Positions 31,414 to 39,882 of a stretch of DNA of 64,000 nucleotides are shown piece after piece. Source of the stretch: Patescibacteria group bacterium (GTDB taxonomy: Bacteria; Patescibacteriota; UBA1384; XYA2-FULL-43-10; 1-14-0-10-43-13); contig JBAYHC010000002.1 of assembly GCA_041666325.1 (NCBI GenBank), positions 157,319 to 221,318 of the forward strand. The letters are read 5' to 3'. The notes under the pieces are model-generated. The model did not search any database, had not been told where the DNA came from, and saw only the letters and a list, made by a program, of their open reading frames with translations. The position numbers and the translations under genes are program-made. Every line of letters starts with the position of its first letter. Positions within the stretch are counted from its first letter, which is position 1.

Positions 31414-32549
31414 CATATCGTCGATGACGTGAGCGACGTTCGGAAGGAAAGGACGGAGGAATGAAGATCCTCGCTGTTCGCTGACCGACACGCGGCGCGG
31501 GCGCTCCTGGCGAGCGCGGATGGTACTGACCTCTTGTAGGTCTGCGGCGAGGCCTTGCCTCACCCATCCGGTTTACGCCAGGCGGGCGTTCGTCCGCCCA
31601 GTTCAAAATCACTTCTGACGAGTTTCCGTCGGCCCAAACCGGCGGAAGGGTCCCGCAGGCAAACCCCTCCAGGGGGTCCGACCGCGACAACGCGGGACTC
31701 ATCACGATGACGGGAGGTACGCATGGTCACGACGCGCACCTCCGCCCAGCACAGCGTTAAGGCCGCTGGCTAGCCAGGCGGACGTCATCACCCACCCTTC
31801 GGTTCGGGAGGCGCGAATGAGGGTAACACCAAGAACGCGCGCCCGCATGGCGCAGGCATTCGGTGCCTGACCAGCCAGCGGGTCACATCATGTCGACTGC
31901 AAGACCGCACGACCAGGCTCCGGCTGATAACATCATGCCGGAACGCCAAAACAATGCGAATAGGAGCCGCTCGACTGAGCGCGGCGCGGACTTGATCCGG
32001 GCAGCCTTCCGCTCAGCGCCATTGAGCTCCTTGCCCCACATGGGGCCGCAATGCAGACGAGGGCCAGCGCCAAATCGGCCCTCACAAGTGCGTTTCAAGC
32101 AGTACCCACCAATAAAGCCCCGGTGAAACTCCGGGACCCTCAGCAAGCAGTGCCTACTAATGTCCGGGTGCAATTCCCGGCTCATGAGGTGCAAGATGAC
32201 TACATGCCAAGTGGCGACGGCGCGGGAAGAGGGTTCCCGTCTGCTATCGCCCCTGGGGTAGTCCACGGAGGGGTCCGGCGGGCGCGGGTTCGAAACCAGC
32301 GCAAAGCCGGCACAGACCGCCGACTAGGTCAAGTGCACAGGCCTAGACGGCCCAGAACGGGCAGCGCCCCTGCCCCGGCCCGCCAGCCTCAGGCTGGAAG
32401 ACAAAAAGGGGTCGGGCGCCTCACGGCGCGCCCACAGGACGCCGGCGCAAGCGCCGGCCGGATCACTCCGCGGGCGTGGGGAGAGCGGCTTTCGCCGCCT
32501 CCCCGCCCCAATCTCAGACGGCAGTCAACCACGACTGCCTGTTTTTTTT
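31414..32549 (+). ncRNA. Candidate large (~1.1 kb) structured non-coding RNA
   Basis: Promoter plus terminator, about 20 nested hairpins, T-loop-type loops, GC above flanking genes, no credible long ORF. Confidence 0.7.
32520..32549 (+). terminator. Intrinsic terminator
   Basis: ggcagtc-aaccac-gactgcc followed by a T run. Confidence 0.85.
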
Positions 32550-32631
32550 ATTTAGAATCCATATTATGCTGAAAACAGTCGATCGTGTATAATCAGCATA
32601 AGATTATTTAGTACTCAAACAGGAGTGGGCG

Positions 32632-33228
32632 ATGACAAATATCAGAGGTAAGAAGATCATAGAATGGAGAGACGAGAACTACTATAGACGCAGAAGACCG
32701 ATGGCCCAAAAAGCAAGATCTACCGTTGAAGCAACGCTTGATCTGTTGTTGGCAGTGCCGGAGAGTTTGGTGGCAGTGTTTGAGCGAAGGTCAATCTACG
32801 AAGCAATAAGCACTTCTTCGGAAAAAGTGTTGACGGTTGAGAATATCAGTAAGATTTTTCATGGCCTGAAGCGCACTGGATACATCGAAACTACCAAGGA
32901 CAGTAGTGGCCTTGAGTCAGTCCAATTTACCAATAAAGCTAAGCTAAGAGTCATTGATGCAATTGCCGGTTGCCAGGGTTGGGATGAGAAATATCGTTTG
33001 GTTTCATTTGATATTCCTGAACGAATGAGGAACAATCGCGACAAGTTTCGTCGGGCAATCAAGAGGATCGGATTTAGGCAGATCCAAAAAAGCCTCTGGG
33101 TATGCAATCGGAACGTCGAAGAGCTGGTCGGCGTCGCATCGAACGAATACGGTGTTTCGACCTACACTGTCTGTGTCATTGCCGACAAGACAGATATCGA
33201 TAGCGCTATCAGCAAGATGTTCAAATAA
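32632..33228 (+). CDS. PaaX-like regulator (wHTH plus Cas2-like domain)
   Basis: LKRTGYIE wing, WDEKYRLVSFDIPE..R..RD.FR..GF.QIQKSLWV; start may be ATG 32701. Confidence 0.85.
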   Translation: MTNIRGKKIIEWRDENYYRRRRPMAQKARSTVEATLDLLLAVPESLVAVFERRSIYEAISTSSEKVLTVENISKIFHGLKRTGYIETTKDSSGLESVQFTNKAKLRVIDAIAGCQGWDEKYRLVSFDIPERMRNNRDKFRRAIKRIGFRQIQKSLWVCNRNVEELVGVASNEYGVSTYTVCVIADKTDIDSAISKMFK

Positions 33229-33351
33229 GGGTGGATATATTTTTTGAATGAAGAATCCTCTGCTGAATATCGTCGATCGTGCATAGGCATAGGAAGATAT
33301 GAAGACGCGGTGGCGGGAAACATTTTTGTGGATAAATATTTAATTCAGGTA

Positions 33352-33379
33352 TTGCAATTGCCGGAAAGTCTGCTAACAT
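33352..33379 (+). promoter_or_regulatory. Sigma70-type promoter of the second structured transcript
   Basis: TTGCAA-16 nt-TAACAT with extended TGn. Confidence 0.55.
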
Positions 33380-33385
33380 AGCATT

Positions 33386-33765
33386 AAATCTGGCAGGGCC
33401 AGCACTATCCAGTCCGGAGTTTACTCCTGTAAAGGTCGAGGACTGGAATCGGCTCTGTTGGGTTCGAGTCAGTGGTTGGCACCCCTCTGCGGGGTCGCAG
33501 CGCCGCTGGCTCTAGGAGAACACCATTGCCACTCACTCTCCGCCGGCCGTCGTGGTCGGCAACAGCAACAAGCTGATCGATGCTGCGACCCGGAACGACC
33601 TGGGCGCGCACGCCAAGCAGGAGTCCCTGACGGGCTGACACATCACCAACAACCACAGCCATAAGGGGAACGAAGGGGTCATTGACCCGAGTTGATGCCA
33701 CCGGGGCATCGACATCGACATGCGGGAGCATGCACCCACCCGGGGTGTGTGCCCCCGCTCTTTTT
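33386..33765 (+). ncRNA. Candidate ~380-nt structured RNA (may contain a small ORF)
   Basis: Promoter, many hairpins, terminator at 33722-33765. Confidence 0.55.
33722..33765 (+). terminator. Intrinsic terminator
   Basis: gcgggagcatgcaccc...ggtgtgtgcccccgc followed by tcttttt. Confidence 0.75.
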
Positions 33766-34007
33766 GTATCCAGGGTGCAAGCAGCAATATGAAGGGCGAG
33801 AGCAAGGGGATCCTTTGCGCGAATTCGTTCGAATCAATGTCGAAGGATTCAGGATGACAGGGCGGCAGGATGGCGGGAAAGAGGAGCGTCCTTGAATCCG
33901 GAGTCTGGAAGTGGTAAGCTGAGGCCATAGTTCTTAAAGTTTGTAAAGTTCTTAAAGTTGAAATGTAAATTTCTATATTGCCTTATGAACCTTATGAACA
34001 AATTGAC

Positions 34008-34295
34008 ATGATTGATATCGAACAAGTAAAACATATTGCCAAGTTGTCTCGATTGGAATTAACACCCGAAGAGGAGAAGAAATACTCAGAACAGCTCTCC
34101 TCGATTTTGGATTATGTTGAACAATTAAATGAAGTTAATACAGACGGTATTCCGCCCATGGCCAATATTACCGGCATGTCCAACGTGTTTCGCGATGACG
34201 GAGTAGAGCCATCCGGTATTTCGCATACCGACATTGCTCAGAATGCGCCAGAGTTTAGAGACGGGTCTTTTGTCGTGCCAGGAGTATTTGAGTGA
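34008..34295 (+). CDS. gatC: Asp/Glu-tRNA amidotransferase subunit C
   Basis: VKHIAKLSRL, NVFRDD, FVVPGV. Confidence 0.96.
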   Translation: MIDIEQVKHIAKLSRLELTPEEEKKYSEQLSSILDYVEQLNEVNTDGIPPMANITGMSNVFRDDGVEPSGISHTDIAQNAPEFRDGSFVVPGVFE

Positions 34296-34403
34296 GCGCG
34301 AATACGCGCAGATGAGAAAGCTAATACGTGTAGATATTCTTCGAGGGAGTGAGGCGGGCGAATCGAGAAGTCTTAAAAAGTTCTCGACAAGCTCGAACAG
34401 TAT

Positions 34404-35909
34404 ATGGGCTTAGAACAGCTGACAATCAAAGAGGCGAGCGAGAAGCTGGCCAAGGGAGAGATTACTTCGGTCGAATTAACCGAGGCGGTTTTGGCGCGAA
34501 TCGATGAGATCGATCCGAAGGTGGGATCGTTTATCACAGTGACCAATAATCTTGCGCTCGAGAAGGCCAGGGAATCAGATGCGAGAAGAAGGTCTGGTGA
34601 GACTAAGGGGAACCTTGATGGTATTCCCGTTGCTGTTAAAGATTGCTTTTTGACCAAGGGCATAAAAACCACTTCGGGATCAAGAATACTGGAGGATTTC
34701 ATTCCTGTGTATGAGTCGACAGTGACGCGGAAACTTTGGGAGGCCGGCGCAGTTCTGATAGGCAAGACCAACCTGGATGAATTTACTATGGGCTCGTCGA
34801 CTGAAACCTCAGCCTATAACACATCGACTGAGTTTAACTCACCAACCCGTAATCCGTGGGACTTGGGGCGAGTACCCGGGGGTTCCTCCGGTGGATCTGC
34901 TGCAGCTGTTGCTGCCGATGAATGTATTGCAGCGGTCGGTACGGATACCGGCGGATCAATTCGTCAACCAGCCGGTCTTTGTGGTGTTACTGGTATTAGG
35001 GCAAGCTATGGTCGTGTGTCACGTTTTGGATCAACCGCCATGGCCTCATCGCTCGATCAAGCCGGATCTTTCGGCAAGACAGTCGAAGATGCGGCGATCA
35101 TGCTTGAGGCTATCTCGGGGCACGACAAATATGATTCAACTAGTTCAGAAAAAACCGTTCCAAAGTATTCCGACCTATTGGAAGACAAAGCTAAGGGTTG
35201 GAAGATAGGCATTCCGGAAGAATTTTACGGTGAAGGTATGGACGTTGATGTCGAGGCAAAGATTAGGGCTGCCGCTGATAAATTTGTCAAGATGGGTGCT
35301 AAATTAGTGCCAGTTTCACTGCCGATAATCAAATACGCGCTTGCATCGTACTACATTCTTATGCCAGCCGAAGTCTCGTCAAATATGGCCCGTTATGACG
35401 GCATCAGATTCGGATACTCAAAGCTAAAAGGCGACCGGTCAGAAGCAGAAACTTTAATGGATATTTATCTTAAGAGTAGGGCAGAGGGTTTTGGAGCAGA
35501 GGTCAAGAGGCGAATTATGCTCGGATCATATGTTTTGTCAGCTGGCTATTACGACGCCTATTATAAGAAAGCTCAACGAGTTCGAACTTTGATTAAGAAA
35601 GAATTTGACAAGGTTTTTGAGTCGGTTGATTTCTTGTTGACACCAGTTTCTCCAACTCCTGCTTTTAAGTTCGGGGAGAAAACAACCGACCCTCTCTCAA
35701 TGTACATGGCTGATATTAATACCGTACCGGTGAACATTGCCGGTCTGCCTGGTATAAGTCTTCCGGCCGGATTTGTGGAGCGCGATGACAAAGATTTGCC
35801 AGTGGGAATGCAGTTGATTGGGCCGATGTGGGGAGAGGAGACTTTGTTGCGAGCGGGACACGTATTCCAGCTAGAGACTGATTGGCACCTAAGAAAACCT
35901 CAAATTTAA
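34404..35909 (+). CDS. gatA: Asp/Glu-tRNA amidotransferase subunit A
   Basis: PGGSSGGSAAAV, GTDTGGSIRQPA, EVKRRIMLG. Confidence 0.98.
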   Translation: MGLEQLTIKEASEKLAKGEITSVELTEAVLARIDEIDPKVGSFITVTNNLALEKARESDARRRSGETKGNLDGIPVAVKDCFLTKGIKTTSGSRILEDFIPVYESTVTRKLWEAGAVLIGKTNLDEFTMGSSTETSAYNTSTEFNSPTRNPWDLGRVPGGSSGGSAAAVAADECIAAVGTDTGGSIRQPAGLCGVTGIRASYGRVSRFGSTAMASSLDQAGSFGKTVEDAAIMLEAISGHDKYDSTSSEKTVPKYSDLLEDKAKGWKIGIPEEFYGEGMDVDVEAKIRAAADKFVKMGAKLVPVSLPIIKYALASYYILMPAEVSSNMARYDGIRFGYSKLKGDRSEAETLMDIYLKSRAEGFGAEVKRRIMLGSYVLSAGYYDAYYKKAQRVRTLIKKEFDKVFESVDFLLTPVSPTPAFKFGEKTTDPLSMYMADINTVPVNIAGLPGISLPAGFVERDDKDLPVGMQLIGPMWGEETLLRAGHVFQLETDWHLRKPQI

Positions 35910-35925
35910 TTTTTAAGGACTACCA

Positions 35926-36684
35926 ATGGGCAAAAGGGCACAACAAAAAAGACAAGAGAAGATCGAGGCAGAAAATCGCCGCAAGGACGAGATCAGTGCG
36001 CGGCTGAAGGAAAAGCAGCCCTGGCTCTATTTCTGGCGACGGGTTGATTTTTGGATATTGACCGCCTGTTTTCTTTTGGTCATTGCTTTTCCTTTTGTTA
36101 ACCCATACTTAAGCAGAGTAAGGAGTGGGGCCAACAAGAGTGGCAATCTGGCAGTCATCAAGACGTCTGTCGGAGATATTAAGGTTGCGCTTTACCCAAA
36201 TGATGCGCCAAAAACGGTTGATAACTTTATTCAGCTTTCAAAGAGAGGTTATTACAATAATACGACGTTTCACCGGGTAATCAGGGACTTTGTGATCCAG
36301 GGCGGTGACCCCAAGGGTGATGGCACCGGTGGAGAGAGCGCCTTTGGCGCGGCGCTTGAAGATGAAATTAATCCGAGATCTCTCGGATTGTCTCCAGAGC
36401 AGATCACCTCGCTCGAGCAAGAGGGCTACAGGTATAATTATGCACTAAATTCACACAAGCTTACCCCTGGTGTCATTGCAATGGCCAACTCTGGCCCAAA
36501 CAGCAATGGAAGCCAATTCTTCATAGTGACCGAAAAACCACAGCCTCATCTTGATGGCAAGCATACTGTTTTTGGCGAGGTGACAGAGGGCATGGACATT
36601 GTGCGTCTAATTGCTTCGGTTGAGGTTGGCGAGGGGGATAAGCCCAAGGAGCCGATAACTGTTTATACGGTGGAGATTAGATAG
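35926..36684 (+). CDS. Membrane-anchored cyclophilin-type PPIase
   Basis: FHRVI..FVIQGGDP.G.GTGG, AMANSGPN.NGSQFFI, HTVFG. Confidence 0.95.
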   Translation: MGKRAQQKRQEKIEAENRRKDEISARLKEKQPWLYFWRRVDFWILTACFLLVIAFPFVNPYLSRVRSGANKSGNLAVIKTSVGDIKVALYPNDAPKTVDNFIQLSKRGYYNNTTFHRVIRDFVIQGGDPKGDGTGGESAFGAALEDEINPRSLGLSPEQITSLEQEGYRYNYALNSHKLTPGVIAMANSGPNSNGSQFFIVTEKPQPHLDGKHTVFGEVTEGMDIVRLIASVEVGEGDKPKEPITVYTVEIR

Positions 36685-36715
36685 CTGTAATTCACATACT
36701 ACGAATCGGAACTAT

Positions 36716-37171
36716 ATGACCAAGCAATATAGAAAGCACAAAAATCAGCAAACAGTTCTTGAGTCAATCGTTTTGGGTTTATTCCAATTGGTTGCCTCGC
36801 TCTTCCATATTGCTATCAAAGGATTTCGAAAACGGGGTGGTATTTCTACTGCTGACAAGAATGAGATCGTCAGGCGTCGGCTTATTGTTGAGGCCATGCT
36901 TGAGTCCAATAACATTCACGAGCTTCGCCAGGCTGTGTTCGAGGCCGACAAGCTGGTTGACCACACATTGAAAACCAAAGGCTTCGATGGAGATACCTTT
37001 GCCTCACGATTGCGTGCCGCTGAATCATCGATCGACTCAGGCATGTACAACCAGATCTGGCAAGGTCACAAGATAAGAAACCAGCTAGCGCACGAGCATG
37101 ATCGTGGTGTTGATCAATACGAGCTGAGGAATGCTGCCGAGAAGTTGCTCAGATATATTAGGGAGCTATAG
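36716..37171 (+). CDS. Hypothetical protein, HEPN/DUF4145-like
   Basis: N-terminal TM; AV.EADKL.D and HKIRNQLAHE (Rx4H). Confidence 0.7.
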   Translation: MTKQYRKHKNQQTVLESIVLGLFQLVASLFHIAIKGFRKRGGISTADKNEIVRRRLIVEAMLESNNIHELRQAVFEADKLVDHTLKTKGFDGDTFASRLRAAESSIDSGMYNQIWQGHKIRNQLAHEHDRGVDQYELRNAAEKLLRYIREL

Positions 37172-37172
37172 G

Positions 37173-37526
37173 ATGCAGATAAAATTAGAAAAGGGTTCGC
37201 CCAAGAAAGTACTGAAGGCTTTGTTGGAAACTCCGGTAGCAGTTTCTCTTTTTGCTTTGGTATATATCGTCATCACCTACTCGTTCTCTGTTTTTTTCTC
37301 GGGTAACGGTGATTCACTCTGGATTCAAGCAGCGAACACGATTGGCTTCTATGTAGGTTTTCTCTTAACTTGGTGGGTTGGTTTCTACTCAATCTATTTA
37401 TGGTTAAGGAAGTTGTGCAAGACGGAACAATCCAAGATCATGTTGTCGGCTATTTGGTTGATCCTCGCTGCTTTGGTTGTAGCGATTTTTATCTATCCGA
37501 TGTTCGCATTTAATTCCATAGACTAA
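37173..37526 (+). CDS. Hypothetical membrane protein
   Basis: Three hydrophobic segments; tightly packed between neighbours. Confidence 0.7.
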   Translation: MQIKLEKGSPKKVLKALLETPVAVSLFALVYIVITYSFSVFFSGNGDSLWIQAANTIGFYVGFLLTWWVGFYSIYLWLRKLCKTEQSKIMLSAIWLILAALVVAIFIYPMFAFNSID

Positions 37527-37528
37527 CA

Positions 37529-38944
37529 ATGAACAAAGAGCTTAAAACTACAATTGGTTTGGAGATTCATGTCCAGCTCAAGACTAAGAGCAAGATGTTT
37601 TGCCGATGTGACAATAACGCAGAGGACAAGGCGCCCAATACTGTCGTTTGTCCGGTCTGTTTGGCTTTACCTGGAGCTTTGCCGGTTGCCAATCGACAAG
37701 CAATTGAGTGGACTATTAAGACTGGTCTGGCCATCAATTCTACGATTCCCGAGATTGCCAAATTTGACCGCAAACATTACTTCTACCCGGATTTACCCAA
37801 GGGTTATCAAATCTCCCAATACGACGAACCTTTCTGTGTTGGCGGTGAGATTGAACTGGGTGGCCACAAGGTTAGATTTAACAGAATTCATCTTGAGGAA
37901 GATGCCGGTAAATTAATTCACTTTGGTAGCAAGAGTCTGGTTGACCTTAACCGCGCAGGCACTCCCCTGATGGAGATGGTAACGGAGCCAGATATCACTT
38001 CTCCTCGCATCGCAGCTGATTTTTTGCGCCGGTTACAGAAGCTAGTTCGAGATGAAGTTCAGGTTTCCGAAGCTGACATGGAGAAGGGTCACATGCGATG
38101 TGATGCCAATATTTCGGTGACAGATGGCGAGCATATGTCTGAGATTGTTGAGATCAAGAACCTAAACTCATTCAGGTTTGTCGAGAAGGCATTGATTCTC
38201 GAAGAAGAACGATTGATAGCTGAGTATCCGAATTGGCCGGAGAAAAGAGGTAAGGTTACACGGGGATATGACAGCAAGAACAACAAGACCTATGTTCAGC
38301 GTGTAAAAGAGGAAGCTGCTGATTATCGCTACTTTCCTGAACCAGACTTGCCTCCGTTTGAAACATCGGTATTCGACCTTGAGGAGCTTCGTCGGAATGT
38401 GGGCCGATCCTATGAAACAATAGTTGCAGAATTGACTGGAGAAGGTGTAGCTGAGCCTGAGGCGAAAGTATTGGCCTCAGATAACAAGAAGTTCCAGAGC
38501 TATTCTCTTGTTAACCGTGCCTTGGATCCGTCCTACAATGATGCACTGGCAAGGGCAGTTGTACACAATTACTTTGGTTTTGATTTAGCTGGTCCAGATG
38601 ACGAGGTCATGAGTAGCCAATATACTCGGGCGGTAATGGATTTGAAGGATGGAAAAGTAGCATCAAAAATGCAATTCGCCGGCATTGTGGATCTGATACA
38701 TAGCGAAAGTTGTTCGTACGAAGAAGCTAGAAAAGAAGTCGAGGGAGAGGCCGGTGCCGGTGGGGGCGATCTCAGCGGTGTTGTGCAATCGGTTCTCAGC
38801 CAAAACTCAGCCGAAGTTGATAGATATAAGGCGGGAGAAAAACAACTCTTGGGATTCTTCATGGGCCAAGCGATGAAAGAGACCGGAGGCAAAGCTGATC
38901 CGAAACAAATTAATGAACTATTAAGGCAAGAATTAGAAAAGTGA
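37529..38944 (+). CDS. gatB: Asp/Glu-tRNA amidotransferase subunit B
   Basis: IGLEIHVQL, RKHYFYPDLPKGYQISQ, HLEEDAGK, DYRYFPEPDLP. Confidence 0.98.
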   Translation: MNKELKTTIGLEIHVQLKTKSKMFCRCDNNAEDKAPNTVVCPVCLALPGALPVANRQAIEWTIKTGLAINSTIPEIAKFDRKHYFYPDLPKGYQISQYDEPFCVGGEIELGGHKVRFNRIHLEEDAGKLIHFGSKSLVDLNRAGTPLMEMVTEPDITSPRIAADFLRRLQKLVRDEVQVSEADMEKGHMRCDANISVTDGEHMSEIVEIKNLNSFRFVEKALILEEERLIAEYPNWPEKRGKVTRGYDSKNNKTYVQRVKEEAADYRYFPEPDLPPFETSVFDLEELRRNVGRSYETIVAELTGEGVAEPEAKVLASDNKKFQSYSLVNRALDPSYNDALARAVVHNYFGFDLAGPDDEVMSSQYTRAVMDLKDGKVASKMQFAGIVDLIHSESCSYEEARKEVEGEAGAGGGDLSGVVQSVLSQNSAEVDRYKAGEKQLLGFFMGQAMKETGGKADPKQINELLRQELEK

Positions 38945-38950
38945 GGCAGA

Positions 38951-39493
38951 ATGATTGGGGAAATAATGGCTGAATTATTGGAACCGTTTAGAGCCTTGGG
39001 ACCAAGGTTGCCAATATTGATTTTGGGATTGGCAGCAGGCTATCTGGCTATTAAGATTCTGGCCAGTTTGGCTAGCAATGCGCTAAGACTTGCCAAGGTA
39101 CCCAAGGCACTAACAAATATTGTAATCTCCCTTATTGTGACCGTTCTTTGGTTGATCCTTTTCTCTGAGCTTGCTCGCACTGCCGGATTGCCCTCACTCG
39201 CCGTAAAAATTTCTGGGTCCCTCTTGGTTGTCGGCTTGGCCATTGCCAATGGTGCCTCTGCTGTGGCAGGAGACATTCTGTCTGGTGTATTTTTGGCACA
39301 GGATAGAGATTTCGAGGTTGGCTACCGCATTAAAAGTGGCGAGATTGAGGGGGTGATCAAGAAAATCGATATTCGGAAAACCAGAATCGAGGACAATAAC
39401 GGTTGTTTGCACATCATCCCAAACTCCAAGCTGGATACAGTTGGATGGAAGATAATTTCTCGCGATCCGAATGAGGGTCAGAACAAAAAATAG
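38951..39493 (+). CDS. MscS-family mechanosensitive channel (short)
   Basis: TM helices, DILSGVFL...FEVG..I....EG.I..ID.RKT, IPNS. Confidence 0.85.
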   Translation: MIGEIMAELLEPFRALGPRLPILILGLAAGYLAIKILASLASNALRLAKVPKALTNIVISLIVTVLWLILFSELARTAGLPSLAVKISGSLLVVGLAIANGASAVAGDILSGVFLAQDRDFEVGYRIKSGEIEGVIKKIDIRKTRIEDNNGCLHIIPNSKLDTVGWKIISRDPNEGQNKK

Positions 39494-39579
39494 CAGTGAT
39501 TTTACCTCGTGAAAAATCTTCTGCTATAATGAGAGTTGGTTATATATAAACAAATATTTTGCCACAAGAGGGAGGCGCG

Positions 39580-39882
39580 ATGCTTACGGACATTTTGTAT
39601 CAGGTTTTGCTGGCGGTGCTGATTATTGTGGCCATTGTTCTGACTATTGATTTGTGGCGTTTTAATAATATATTGAAACGGCTCGAGGATGTTTCTGCTA
39701 TTGCTCATCGTCGAGCAAAGGAAGTTGACAGATATTTGGCAAGCGCCCAAGCTACCGCCGCTAGCTATCTGGGGTCCCTAAAGGGGTTTGCTCTTTCGTT
39801 TGAGTTTATGAAAATTTTACGTGATCGACTTATGGATCTTAAAAAAAACGACAACAAGAAAGGAGAAAGCGATGACAAATAA
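39580..39882 (+). CDS. Small membrane protein (DUF948-like)
   Basis: N-terminal TM plus coiled coil, precedes YtxH-like gene; GGAGG RBS. Confidence 0.65.
   Translation: MLTDILYQVLLAVLIIVAIVLTIDLWRFNNILKRLEDVSAIAHRRAKEVDRYLASAQATAASYLGSLKGFALSFEFMKILRDRLMDLKKNDNKKGESDDK

Noticed and set aside
31435-31455. SRP RNA helix 8 (ttc-GGAA-gga)
   Set aside because: The conserved CAGG/AGCA internal loop is absent.
31414-32549. Group I/II intron, rRNA fragment or tRNA cluster
   Set aside because: No interrupted host gene, no recognisable domain V or P7 motifs, no rRNA signatures, and no full cloverleaf around the T-loops (by eye only).
31300-32572. Listed ORFs across the GC-rich region (31322-31705, 31863-32126, 31883-32266, 32051-32572) as real proteins
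   Set aside because: Arg/Pro/Gly/Ala-rich translations on both strands without good starts; one runs through the terminator. These are expected by chance in GC-rich structured sequence.
32632-33228. Cas2-like domain as evidence of a CRISPR-Cas system
   Set aside because: It is fused to a wHTH in PaaX-like architecture, and there is no cas1, effector gene or repeat-spacer array in the window.
33386-33765. tmRNA or RNase P RNA
   Set aside because: No tRNA-Ala-like ends or T-arm plus CCA, and no GAGGAAAGUCC or 3' P4 motif inside the transcript; the ggaaagtc at 33363 lies in the promoter spacer.
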